From Burkholderiales bacterium (lineage in GTDB: Bacteria; Pseudomonadota; Gammaproteobacteria; Burkholderiales; Burkholderiaceae_C): a stretch of 44,402 nucleotides of DNA. The position numbers and the translations under genes are program-made. The first letter of the stretch is position 1; each line of letters begins with the position of its first letter. Shown here piece after piece: positions 21,369 through 30,327 of the stretch. A model generated the notes under the pieces. It worked only from the letters and a program-made list of their open reading frames with translations, was not told where the DNA came from and did no database searches. Where the stretch lies: the NCBI GenBank assembly GCA_005793295.1, contig SXSX01000150.1, positions 1-44,402 on the forward strand. The letters run 5' to 3'.

Positions 21369-22600
21369 GGTGCGCGGCTACCAGACGCCGCCCCTGCAGG
21401 GGCATTGGCCTTCGCATCTTTAGACCGCTCCACGACCATCGAGCCGGGGCGTACATTTTGTTTGCCATCTAAGACAACGGTTTCACCCACTTTAAGCCCC
21501 GAAACAGCAGCCTCGCCACTTTGGCCCATGAGTTGTTTGATCGGGCGCATGACGGCTTTGCCGTCTTCAACCACATACACAATCGTGCCGCGAGCGCCTT
21601 GAATGATGGCAGCCTGTGGGACGATGACGGCCTCTTTGAGGGTGCTCACGGTTTGTGAGATCTCTACAAAAGCGCCTGGCCACAAGCGTTCTTCTTTATT
21701 GGCAAAAACCGCTTTGGCCTTGACAGCGCCGGATGCAGCGTCCACCGTGTTGTCCACGAATTTCAGTTTCCCCTTGAAGCTACCGCCGTTATCGGCCAAG
21801 GTGGCCGTCACGCTGGCCCCTCCATCTTTGAGCGCTCCGATGGCATCGACCAAGTTACGTTGCGGCAAGCTAAACCCCACGGCGATGGGGTCGAGTTGGG
21901 TGATGGTGACGAGTGTGCTGATATTGCTTTGAACTGCGCTACCGGATGACACATTGATAGCCCCAGCCCGCCCAGAATGGGGTGCCCGAACCTGAGCGTA
22001 GGACAAAGCAACCCGCGCGGCATCGATAGCGGCTTGATCGGCGGCGACTGTGGCTGTGGCGGCTTCGACACCGGCTTGGGTGGTGTCAACCGCACCTTGA
22101 GAAATAAAGTTTTGAGAAAAAAGCTGTTGAGAGCGTTTAAATTGGCGCTGGGCATCGGCCAAAGTGGCTTGGTCTTTGGCCAACTGGGCGCGGGCTTTGG
22201 CAACATTGGCCTCATCAGTTCGCGCATCCAATGTGAACATCAAGTCACCCGCTTTGACAAACTGCCCCTCTTTAATATGCACCGTTTTGACCAAGGTGCT
22301 GGCCTGGGCTTTTACATCCACGCTGGTTAAGGGCATCACCGTGCCGGTGGCTTTCAGTACCACGGCCATATCGCGGACTTCGGCTTTGACGGTGGTTACG
22401 CTTACAGGCGGGCCGGGTGGGGCGGCGGGTAAGGATCCCGATGCGGCTGGGCTGGGGGCTGGGGCAGATGCACTCGATGCGCTGGGTAGAGGTGCTGAAA
22501 CTGCCGCAGCTGTTTCAGCTTCATTTTTCCCCGAGCAAGCAACAAGGCCTAAGGTGACGACTGCACCCAGAAAATAACGTGAGACCAACGAATCTGTCAT
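21365..22600 (-). CDS. RND efflux periplasmic adaptor (MFP), lipoprotein
   Basis: LVAC lipobox, EGQFVKAGD lipoyl-like motif, DNTVD, LWPGAFV; 4-bp overlap with the permease gene. Confidence 0.92.
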   Translation of the reverse strand: MTDSLVSRYFLGAVVTLGLVACSGKNEAETAAAVSAPLPSASSASAPAPSPAASGSLPAAPPGPPVSVTTVKAEVRDMAVVLKATGTVMPLTSVDVKAQASTLVKTVHIKEGQFVKAGDLMFTLDARTDEANVAKARAQLAKDQATLADAQRQFKRSQQLFSQNFISQGAVDTTQAGVEAATATVAADQAAIDAARVALSYAQVRAPHSGRAGAINVSSGSAVQSNISTLVTITQLDPIAVGFSLPQRNLVDAIGALKDGGASVTATLADNGGSFKGKLKFVDNTVDAASGAVKAKAVFANKEERLWPGAFVEISQTVSTLKEAVIVPQAAIIQGARGTIVYVVEDGKAVMRPIKQLMGQSGEAAVSGLKVGETVVLDGKQNVRPGSMVVERSKDAKANAPAGAASGSRAP

Positions 22601-22666
22601 ATTTACTTTAGGTAGCGTGAAACTATCCGCTATCTTAAAGGGATTCAGATAAATCCGTTGGTTGTC

Positions 22667-23269
22667 TTAATTTAGACTTAATTCCACTCCAAATTCGCGC
22701 GACGCATCGATGAGCGACTCCAGTTGCCCAAAGGCGTAGGTGCTAAAAACATACAGGTCAAAGGATTGTTCCCCCAAGCGGTGAACTGTGCAGGGTACGT
22801 GGTGGTGGCCAGTCAGCGCGACGTTGTTCAGGGCGAACGCAGCATTGCGAAAATCAAGAGCGAAGAGTTTGCCCAATGCCTCTTTTGCCTTGGTGCCGCT
22901 GACATGGATCCGGCAACGGGCGTGGCTCAAATCGGTAATCGACCCTACGTCCGAATGGATATGTGAGCGCAAGGTGGCTTGGACATCTTGATCGGTGCTC
23001 CCAATGAGCATCCATTCTTGCGGCCCAATTCGCATTAATAAGCCCAAACCGCATTGCACTGTTTTTCCAGTGACCTGTGGAATGGAAACTTGCAATGCTT
23101 GCGTCAGTGCCTCCGCGAGTTTGGCTTCTCCGCGTACCCATGTACTGATGAGCGTGACGCTGGGTAAGACCTGTGCGTTGACATGCACTTGAATCTGACC
23201 TTGCCTATCAGGCTGAGATTTTGCGTGGTGCCCGGTGAAGGGGCTGCGAATTAAAGTCGAATCAAACAC
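22667..23269 (-). CDS. soxG: Sarcosine oxidase subunit gamma
   Basis: GPQEWML and TDLSHAR motifs, last gene after soxA. GTG 23269 has a GAAGGAG RBS. Confidence 0.82.
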   Translation of the reverse strand: MFDSTLIRSPFTGHHAKSQPDRQGQIQVHVNAQVLPSVTLISTWVRGEAKLAEALTQALQVSIPQVTGKTVQCGLGLLMRIGPQEWMLIGSTDQDVQATLRSHIHSDVGSITDLSHARCRIHVSGTKAKEALGKLFALDFRNAAFALNNVALTGHHHVPCTVHRLGEQSFDLYVFSTYAFGQLESLIDASREFGVELSLN

Positions 23270-26200
23270 GGTAACGCACTCCTTCTGCATCTAGGAAGCA
23301 AGGTTCGACCACCCGCAGTCGGTATTGGCGACCTTGGGTTGGGGACGCTGCAATAACTTCTTTGCCAATGTGAGCGGTCCCGCCCTCTAAAAGGCCTAAA
23401 CCAATGGCTTTGCCCACGGATTTACTGAAGGTTGTGGAGGTGATGTGACCGCGGCCATGGCCCTGAATCGCATCGTCGGCGAAGAACAAGATAGCGCCGT
23501 TGGACGGTGCATCGTCTTTGCCAATGGCTTCCAAACCCACTAGGGTGGGCCGGTGGGTGCGCTGTAAGTTTTCGCTTTGGCGTAGCGCTCCACCCCAAAA
23601 GGGTTTGAGTTTGCTGGCCATTTTTCCCATACCCAAGTCATCTAAGGTCGTGCGACCATCCATTTCAGAGCCTACCACGTGGCCCTTTTCAATCCGTAAA
23701 GATCCTAAAGCCTCAAGGCCGTAGGGTCGCAATTGCCATGGCGCCCCACTTGCAATGAGGTGTTCCCAGACACGGTAACCCAGGTGGGTGGGGGTGAAGA
23801 TTTCATAAGCCAATTCGCCTGAAAAAGTTAGCCGCAGAATGCGCAAAGGCACACCCGCGAGCGCACCGGAACCAACCGTGTCGAGTACGCCCATATGAGG
23901 AAAAATTTCGGTGTTGAAATTTTCATTAGGAAACGCGGCTTCTAAGACTTTGCGTACCTCAGGACCCGCTACGCTCATCGCGGCCCATTGGTCTGACACC
24001 GATGCCACGGTGACCCGCAACTCGGGCCAGACCACTTGCAACAAAAACTCCAGGTGGCTCATGACCCGGGCGGCTTGTGCCGTGGTGGTGGTCATAAAAA
24101 ATTGGGTTGGGCTGATGCGGCTGGTGGTTCCATCATCCATCACGATGCCATCTTCACGCAACATGAATCCGTAGCGGGCTTTGCCAACGCCCAGTTTGGA
24201 GAAGCCATTGACATACACGCGGTCTAGGAACTCCGCAGCATCGGGGCCTTGAACATCAATTTTTCCTAATGTCGATGTATCAGCGATTCCGACTTTTTCG
24301 CGAACGAAGTCCATCTCTACTTTGTAGGCCTCAGACAAGCTCGCCCCGTGGGTGGAGTACCACAGTGGGCGCAACCACAAGCCCGCTTCCATCTTGACGC
24401 CGCCGTGGGCAAGGTGCCAATCGTGCATGGATGTTCGGCGCTCAGGCTGAAAGTGGGGTCCAATATTGCGACCCGCCAAGGCGCCCAAAGAAGCCGGGGT
24501 GTAGGGGGGGCGAAACGTGGTTGTTCCGACGGCAGAAATATCCATGTCGCGTTTGGCTGCCATCAGCATCAAGGCATTTAAGTTTGATGTCTTGCCTTGG
24601 TCGGTTCCCATGCCCGAAGTGGTGTAACGCTTGAGGTGCTCTACCGATTGGTAGCCTTCGCGGTCTGCCAGTTCGACATCGGAGACGGTGACGTCGTTTT
24701 GAAAGTCAATGAATGCTTTGCCTTTCGACTTAGCCCCGAGCAAAGGTCCCACGGGAATAAACGCCATAGACGTGGAGTCGTCAAAGCCTTGGGTCTGTCC
24801 GCTGACCTTTAAACCTAAGACGCCAGCGCCTTTCGCACCGGCAAGCGATCCCGATTCAATCGCGCCATTCCACGTTTGTTCACCGACCATGGAGCCTGCA
24901 CCAAACTGGGCGCGATCAAAAGTGCCAGGTACAAAGCAAGCGATATCACTGCGGTAAATGGGTTTGATGTTGCGGTGTGAGCTCAAATGCACCGTGGGAG
25001 TCCAACCGCCCGACATGGCGACCAGATCAACATCTAAACGCACTGTCTCGCCCTGAACGGTTGCGCTTGCAGCGTGATAACTTGACAGCGTGCATGACTT
25101 AGCGTGTAAGCCCCCTTGTACCTCGGTGACTGCTGTGCTGGCGAAGACGGTAACACCCAGCTGTTTGGCTTGGCTGAGCAGGCTAGCATTAACAGACGCA
25201 CGAAGGTCTGCGATGTGAACGGTTGCACCACTGCGCGCTAAGTCAAAAGCCCCAAAGTAGGCCGCATCGTTATTCACACAAAACAGCGCGTTCTTTCCTG
25301 GAGCAACGGCATAGCGGTTCACGTAAGCAGATACCGCGCTGGCCAACATCACACCGGGTTTGTCATTGCCCGAAAAAACCAACGGCCGCTCAATCGCACC
25401 ACATGCCATCACGATGGCAGCAGCCCGCACGGTGCGCATACGTTGGCGAGGGACCCCAAAGGAGGGATCAGTGACGCCCGGCGCAGAGCGCTCAATGACT
25501 CCAACGGTATTGCCGTCGTACACCCCAAACGCGGTGGCGCGGGAGAACCGCTTGACTTTGCCTGTAGCATCAATGTCTTGCAGCGTTTGCTTTAGCCATT
25601 TCGCTTGCGCACTGTCAACGCTGTGGTTGAGCAAGTCGCCACCCATCTCAAAATCTTGCTCCACAAGCATGACGTCGGCCCCTGCGCGGGCGGCGTTGAG
25701 CGAGGCACTTAAGCCAGCGGCTCCAGAGCCAATCACTAGAACGTCGGTGTAATCGTTATGCCAGTCATAGCGATTGACATCCGCATCAATGGCGCTAGCG
25801 CCTAAACCCGCTGCTTTGCGAATGAAGTGTTCGTAAAGCATCCACGCCCCACGGGTCGGGCCCATGAAGGTTTTGTAATAAAAGCCCGCCACAAACACGG
25901 GTGACAACACCGAGTTGATCGCCATCAGATCAAACTTCACGGAAGGCCAGGCGTTTTGAGTTCGGGTTTTCAGTCCGGGCTCAATTTCTAAAACCGTTGC
26001 TGCAATATTGGGCTCACGCGTTCCGTCTTGTCCAACGGTCAACAGGGCATTGGTTTCTTCAACGCCTGCACCCATAAAACCGCGCGGACGATGGTATTTG
26101 AAAGACCGGGCAACCAAGTGTTGGCCGTGGGCAATGAGCGCTGAGGCAGCGGTATCTCCCGCAAACCCTTCAACGGATTTTCCGTCGAAAGTAAAGTTTA

Positions 26201-26273
26201 CTTTTTGGCTTCGGTCGATGCGCCCGCCAGTAGCGAGGCGGTAAGCGCCGCCTGTGTTGTGGGTAGCATTCAT
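23262..26273 (-). CDS. soxA: Sarcosine oxidase subunit alpha
   Basis: RSFKYHRPRG, GFYYKTFM, GSGAAG, EHLKRYTT-GMGTDQGKTSN, and a C-terminal GcvT-like THF domain. Confidence 0.95.
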   Translation of the reverse strand: MNATHNTGGAYRLATGGRIDRSQKVNFTFDGKSVEGFAGDTAASALIAHGQHLVARSFKYHRPRGFMGAGVEETNALLTVGQDGTREPNIAATVLEIEPGLKTRTQNAWPSVKFDLMAINSVLSPVFVAGFYYKTFMGPTRGAWMLYEHFIRKAAGLGASAIDADVNRYDWHNDYTDVLVIGSGAAGLSASLNAARAGADVMLVEQDFEMGGDLLNHSVDSAQAKWLKQTLQDIDATGKVKRFSRATAFGVYDGNTVGVIERSAPGVTDPSFGVPRQRMRTVRAAAIVMACGAIERPLVFSGNDKPGVMLASAVSAYVNRYAVAPGKNALFCVNNDAAYFGAFDLARSGATVHIADLRASVNASLLSQAKQLGVTVFASTAVTEVQGGLHAKSCTLSSYHAASATVQGETVRLDVDLVAMSGGWTPTVHLSSHRNIKPIYRSDIACFVPGTFDRAQFGAGSMVGEQTWNGAIESGSLAGAKGAGVLGLKVSGQTQGFDDSTSMAFIPVGPLLGAKSKGKAFIDFQNDVTVSDVELADREGYQSVEHLKRYTTSGMGTDQGKTSNLNALMLMAAKRDMDISAVGTTTFRPPYTPASLGALAGRNIGPHFQPERRTSMHDWHLAHGGVKMEAGLWLRPLWYSTHGASLSEAYKVEMDFVREKVGIADTSTLGKIDVQGPDAAEFLDRVYVNGFSKLGVGKARYGFMLREDGIVMDDGTTSRISPTQFFMTTTTAQAARVMSHLEFLLQVVWPELRVTVASVSDQWAAMSVAGPEVRKVLEAAFPNENFNTEIFPHMGVLDTVGSGALAGVPLRILRLTFSGELAYEIFTPTHLGYRVWEHLIASGAPWQLRPYGLEALGSLRIEKGHVVGSEMDGRTTLDDLGMGKMASKLKPFWGGALRQSENLQRTHRPTLVGLEAIGKDDAPSNGAILFFADDAIQGHGRGHITSTTFSKSVGKAIGLGLLEGGTAHIGKEVIAASPTQGRQYRLRVVEPCFLDAEGVRYRV

Positions 26274-26539
26274 GGCAGTATTCTTTCTGACGCAGGGATG
26301 ACCGTCTCAATGTCATGCGTCACGGTATGGCGTTTAACCACCAACCAGCGGCGACAACCTAATGTGTGTTGCCAAAACTCCGTGTGGATTCCGCGAAAGT
26401 TGTTCCGCGTGTAAACGGTATCGACCCAGGCGTCATGGTTTTCTACTTCCAAGCCGGGGTAAGGTTTTGTGGCGTCGCCAAAGTAGCTGAACTCTTCGTG
26501 GTCGCGTTTGCCGCAATAGGGACAGTCAATTCTGAGCAT
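26270..26539 (-). CDS. soxD: Sarcosine oxidase subunit delta
   Basis: I-CPYCG-R--EEF-Y-G and WQH--GCRRW zinc motif. Confidence 0.93.
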   Translation of the reverse strand: MLRIDCPYCGKRDHEEFSYFGDATKPYPGLEVENHDAWVDTVYTRNNFRGIHTEFWQHTLGCRRWLVVKRHTVTHDIETVIPASERILP

Positions 26540-26582
26540 GGTGCTGCGCTTTCTTGGAGGTCGCTAAGGTCAGGGCTGCGTG

Positions 26583-27839
26583 TTATTGCAAATGGTTGTA
26601 AGGACCGGTACCGGCTTCATCGATGTACCGGCCTTTTGCAAAACGGTCCATGGTGAAACCGGCGTTAAAGTCATGCGCTTTGTCGTTGGCAATCGTGTGC
26701 GCAAAGCACCAACCTGAAGCGGGGGTGGCCTTAAAGCCGCCGTAACACCAGCCGCCATTGAGGTACAGGCCATCTACAGGAGTCGTCGTAATGATGGGGC
26801 TGCCATCTGGTGTCATGTCCATGATGCCGCCCCAATGGCGCAATACGCGCAAACGCGCTGCGCTAGGCATCGCGCTGACCAGGGCCTGCGAGACTTCGCC
26901 CACGTTGGCGAGATTGCCGCGTTGGGCGTAAGAGTTGTAGCGGTCAATGTGTCCGCCAAAAACCAAGCCACCCTTGTCCGACTGCGAAAAGTAAAAATAC
27001 GATGCCGACCAAACCACAACGTGGTTCACGATGGGCTTGATGGACTCGGTGACATAGGCCTGCAAGACGTGGCTCTCAATGGGCAACGCTAAGCCGGCTT
27101 TTTGCGCCAAAGGCGAGGTGTTCCCCGCCACCGCAATGCCTACCTTGGCTGCGCTGATATCGCCGCGGGTGGTTTTCACGCCCGTGATGCGTTCGCCCGA
27201 CCACTCGTAGTCTAAGACTTCGCAGTTTTGGATGATGTCAACGCCGAGATCGCTGGCCGCGCGAGCGTAGCCCCAGACCACCGCATCGTGCCGCGCCGTA
27301 CCGGCATCGGGTTGGAGCATCGCGCCGTAAATGGGGAAGCGGGCGTTGGCAGAAAAGTCCAGGTAAGGCGCTTCTTTCATCACGTCTTCACGCGTCAAAA
27401 TCTCTGCGCGAATTCCGTTCAGACGCATGATGTTGGCGCGGCGAATTTGTGCGTCCAGCGCGTTCGGAGACATCACCACGTACAAATAGCCCCGTGGTGA
27501 AAACATCACGTTGTAGTTCAAGTCGGCCGACAAGTCGCGCCACAAGGACATGGAGTGCTCGTAGAACGGAGTGTTCTCTTGCATCATGTAGTTGGAGCGC
27601 ACGATGGTGGTGTTGCGCCCCGCGTTACCCGAACCGATATAGCCTTTTTCAAGCACGGCAATATTCTTGATGCCGTGGTTTTTGGCAAGGTAATACGCCG
27701 TTGCGAGCCCATGCCCACCGCCTCCAACAATGATCACGTCATAGGTTTTTTTGGGTTGCGGGTCTCGCCAGGCCCGCTCCCAATGCTTATGTCCGGTGAG
27801 CGCATTGCGCAACAAAGACCATGCCGAGTAATGAGACAT
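26583..27839 (-). CDS. soxB: Sarcosine oxidase subunit beta
   Basis: GGGGHGLATAYYLAK, GRNTTIVRSNY, ARHDAV-WGYAR, GGFKATPASG. Confidence 0.95.
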   Translation of the reverse strand: MSHYSAWSLLRNALTGHKHWERAWRDPQPKKTYDVIIVGGGGHGLATAYYLAKNHGIKNIAVLEKGYIGSGNAGRNTTIVRSNYMMQENTPFYEHSMSLWRDLSADLNYNVMFSPRGYLYVVMSPNALDAQIRRANIMRLNGIRAEILTREDVMKEAPYLDFSANARFPIYGAMLQPDAGTARHDAVVWGYARAASDLGVDIIQNCEVLDYEWSGERITGVKTTRGDISAAKVGIAVAGNTSPLAQKAGLALPIESHVLQAYVTESIKPIVNHVVVWSASYFYFSQSDKGGLVFGGHIDRYNSYAQRGNLANVGEVSQALVSAMPSAARLRVLRHWGGIMDMTPDGSPIITTTPVDGLYLNGGWCYGGFKATPASGWCFAHTIANDKAHDFNAGFTMDRFAKGRYIDEAGTGPYNHLQ

Positions 27840-27850
27840 CAGGACAACTC

Positions 27851-30292
27851 CTACATGCGCATGCGCAAAGCCTTGGGATCAAACGGTGGGTCCATTTGCA
27901 ACGTGGCAGACCGTCGATCTCCCAAAATTTCAATTTGGAAGCTCACATCAGGGCCGCTTAGCAATTCGGTTGGTACATAGCCCTGTGCCAATGACTGATT
28001 GACGTAGTGACCAAAGCCCCCTGAAGTGACCCAGCCTACCACTTTGTCTTGGTGCCAGATCGGCTCATCGCCCATTACGTCGGCAGTCGTTGCATCAACG
28101 ACCAAATAAACGCGGGTGAGTTTGGGGCCTTCTTCTTTTTCCTTTAAAGCAGCTGCCCGGCCAATAAAGTCGCCCTTGTCAAATTTAACAAAGCGGTCGA
28201 GGCCAGCTTCAAACGCGCCATAAATGGGTCGGAACTCGCGGTACCAGGTGCCAAAGTTTTTCTCTAAGCGCAGGCACAGCAGGGCACGCATTCCAAAGTT
28301 ACGCAACCCAAGGTCTTTACCAGCTTCCATCAAGGCTTCATAAAGGCAAAGTTCGTATTCAGGGGAGACCCAAATCTCATAGCCTAAGTCACCCGTGTAG
28401 GTAATTCGGTTGGTCATGGTGGGCACATTGGCAACCACCATTTCGCGGTAATCCATGAACTTGAATGCTTCGTTAGAAACATCTTCATCACACACCCGAG
28501 CCAACAAGTCACGTGCCTTGGGGCCAGCGATAGATAGGCCAACGAGCTTCATACCGTAAGGTTTGATGACAACGGAGCCATCTTTAGGCAGCGTTTGTTC
28601 AAACCAACGCATGTGGTAAACCTGCGCTTGGCTAGAACCCCACATCAAGTAACGGTTATCAGCGGCCTTGGCAACCGTAAAGTCACCGATCAATTTGCCG
28701 TTGTGGTTCAACATGGGCGTCAGAACCAAACGGCCAGTTTTGGGCATGGAGTTGGTCATGACCTTGAGCAGCCAAGCTTCAGCGCCGGTTCCGGTGATCT
28801 CGTACTTGGCGAAGTTGGCAATCTCGGTAATGCCAACGGCTTCACGAACAGCCTTGCATTCGGCTTTGATGTGTTCGAAATCATTAGAGCGGTGGAAAGA
28901 CACAATGTCTTCAGCCTTGCTGCCTTTGGGGGCAAACCAGAGTGGTGTTTCCATCGCCCAGCTGTCGCCCATGACCGCGCCTTGAGACAACATGCGATCG
29001 TACAAAGGGGTGGTTTGTAAAGGACGCGCTGCTGGCAATTCTTCGTTCGGAAAACGAATACGAAAGCGCCGTGAATAATTTTCGCGCACTTTGGCGTTGG
29101 TATACGTGCGGCTGGCCCAATCACCATAGCGGCTGACATCCATGCCCCAAACGTCAAATTCAGGGTCGCCGTGCACCATCCAGTTAGCCAATGCCAAACC
29201 GACACCGCCGCCTTGGCTAAATCCTGCCATCACACCGCAGGCACACCAGAAGTTAGACAAACCTTGGACCGGACCCACCAAGGGATTACCGTCGGGTGCG
29301 AAGGTAAAGGGCCCGTTGATCACTTGTTTGATGCCGGTGTTCTCGAGAATAGGAAAGTGCTTGAAAGCAATTTCCAAAGACGGCAGCAAGCGGTCAATAT
29401 CGGGCTGCAGCAACTCTTGGCCAAACGACCAAGGCGTATTTTTTGGAGACCAAGGCTTACCAGCGCGCTCATAGGTTCCGAGCAAGACGCCGTTGCGCTC
29501 TTGGCGCAGGTAGCTCTCGCCGCCAAAGTCAATCACATGGCCTAATTCTTTACCGCTGGATTTATTGAACGCCATGACTTCTGGAATATCTTCCGTGATC
29601 ATGTACATATGTTCCATGGCCAAAACCGGCAACTCAATACCTACCATGCGTCCGACTTCACGCGCCCAAAGGCCGCCAGCGTTAACCACATGTTCAGCCA
29701 CGATAGTGCCTTTGTTGGTGATCACATTCCAACCGCCGTCGGCGCGAGGCTCTAATTTTTCCACCATGGTTTGCAACTCAATGGTTGCGCCGCCCAAACG
29801 AGCCGCTTTGGCATAGGCGTGGGTGGTTCCCGATGGGTCTAAGTGGCCTTCGTTAGGGTCGTAAAGCGCACCCAAGAAGTGTTTTTCATCGAGCAAAGGA
29901 AAGTGGCTTTTGGCTTCGGCCATCGAGATAATTTCCGTCTCCATTCCTAGGTAGCGGCCTTTGGCTTGGGTGTGCTTTAAAAACTCCATGCGCTCTGGGG
30001 TGTCGGCCAACATCAAACCAGCGGACAAATGCAAGCCGCACGATTGTCCAGAGACCTCTTCGAGTTCTTTGTACAAATTGACGGTATAGGTTTGCAGCTT
30101 GGCTACATTGGGGTCACCGTTGAGCGTATGAAATCCACCGGCTGCGTGCCAGGTGGAGCCCGACGTCAGTTGGTCGCGCTCGAGCAAAACCACGTCCTTC
30201 ATGCCGAGTTTGGTAAGGTGGTAAAGCACGGAGCATCCCACGACTCCGCCACCGATAACTACCACTTGTGCTGTTGTTTTCACGTCCGGCAT
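27851..30292 (-). CDS. GcvT-family FAD-dependent oxidoreductase (dimethylglycine/sarcosine dehydrogenase-like)
   Basis: GGGVVG, LTSGSTWHAAG (covalent-FAD His motif), INGPFTFAPDGNP, TGDLGYEI, LRLEK; 813 aa two-domain architecture. Confidence 0.92.
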   Translation of the reverse strand: MPDVKTTAQVVVIGGGVVGCSVLYHLTKLGMKDVVLLERDQLTSGSTWHAAGGFHTLNGDPNVAKLQTYTVNLYKELEEVSGQSCGLHLSAGLMLADTPERMEFLKHTQAKGRYLGMETEIISMAEAKSHFPLLDEKHFLGALYDPNEGHLDPSGTTHAYAKAARLGGATIELQTMVEKLEPRADGGWNVITNKGTIVAEHVVNAGGLWAREVGRMVGIELPVLAMEHMYMITEDIPEVMAFNKSSGKELGHVIDFGGESYLRQERNGVLLGTYERAGKPWSPKNTPWSFGQELLQPDIDRLLPSLEIAFKHFPILENTGIKQVINGPFTFAPDGNPLVGPVQGLSNFWCACGVMAGFSQGGGVGLALANWMVHGDPEFDVWGMDVSRYGDWASRTYTNAKVRENYSRRFRIRFPNEELPAARPLQTTPLYDRMLSQGAVMGDSWAMETPLWFAPKGSKAEDIVSFHRSNDFEHIKAECKAVREAVGITEIANFAKYEITGTGAEAWLLKVMTNSMPKTGRLVLTPMLNHNGKLIGDFTVAKAADNRYLMWGSSQAQVYHMRWFEQTLPKDGSVVIKPYGMKLVGLSIAGPKARDLLARVCDEDVSNEAFKFMDYREMVVANVPTMTNRITYTGDLGYEIWVSPEYELCLYEALMEAGKDLGLRNFGMRALLCLRLEKNFGTWYREFRPIYGAFEAGLDRFVKFDKGDFIGRAAALKEKEEGPKLTRVYLVVDATTADVMGDEPIWHQDKVVGWVTSGGFGHYVNQSLAQGYVPTELLSGPDVSFQIEILGDRRSATLQMDPPFDPKALRMRM

Positions 30293-30327
30293 CCTTTAAT
30301 CAGAAAAAAGAAAAATGTTTTTATAAG

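Noticed and set aside
22667-27839. sox genes as sulfur oxidation or superoxide response genes
   Set aside because: The motifs are those of heterotetrameric sarcosine oxidase; the symbol is only a name clash.
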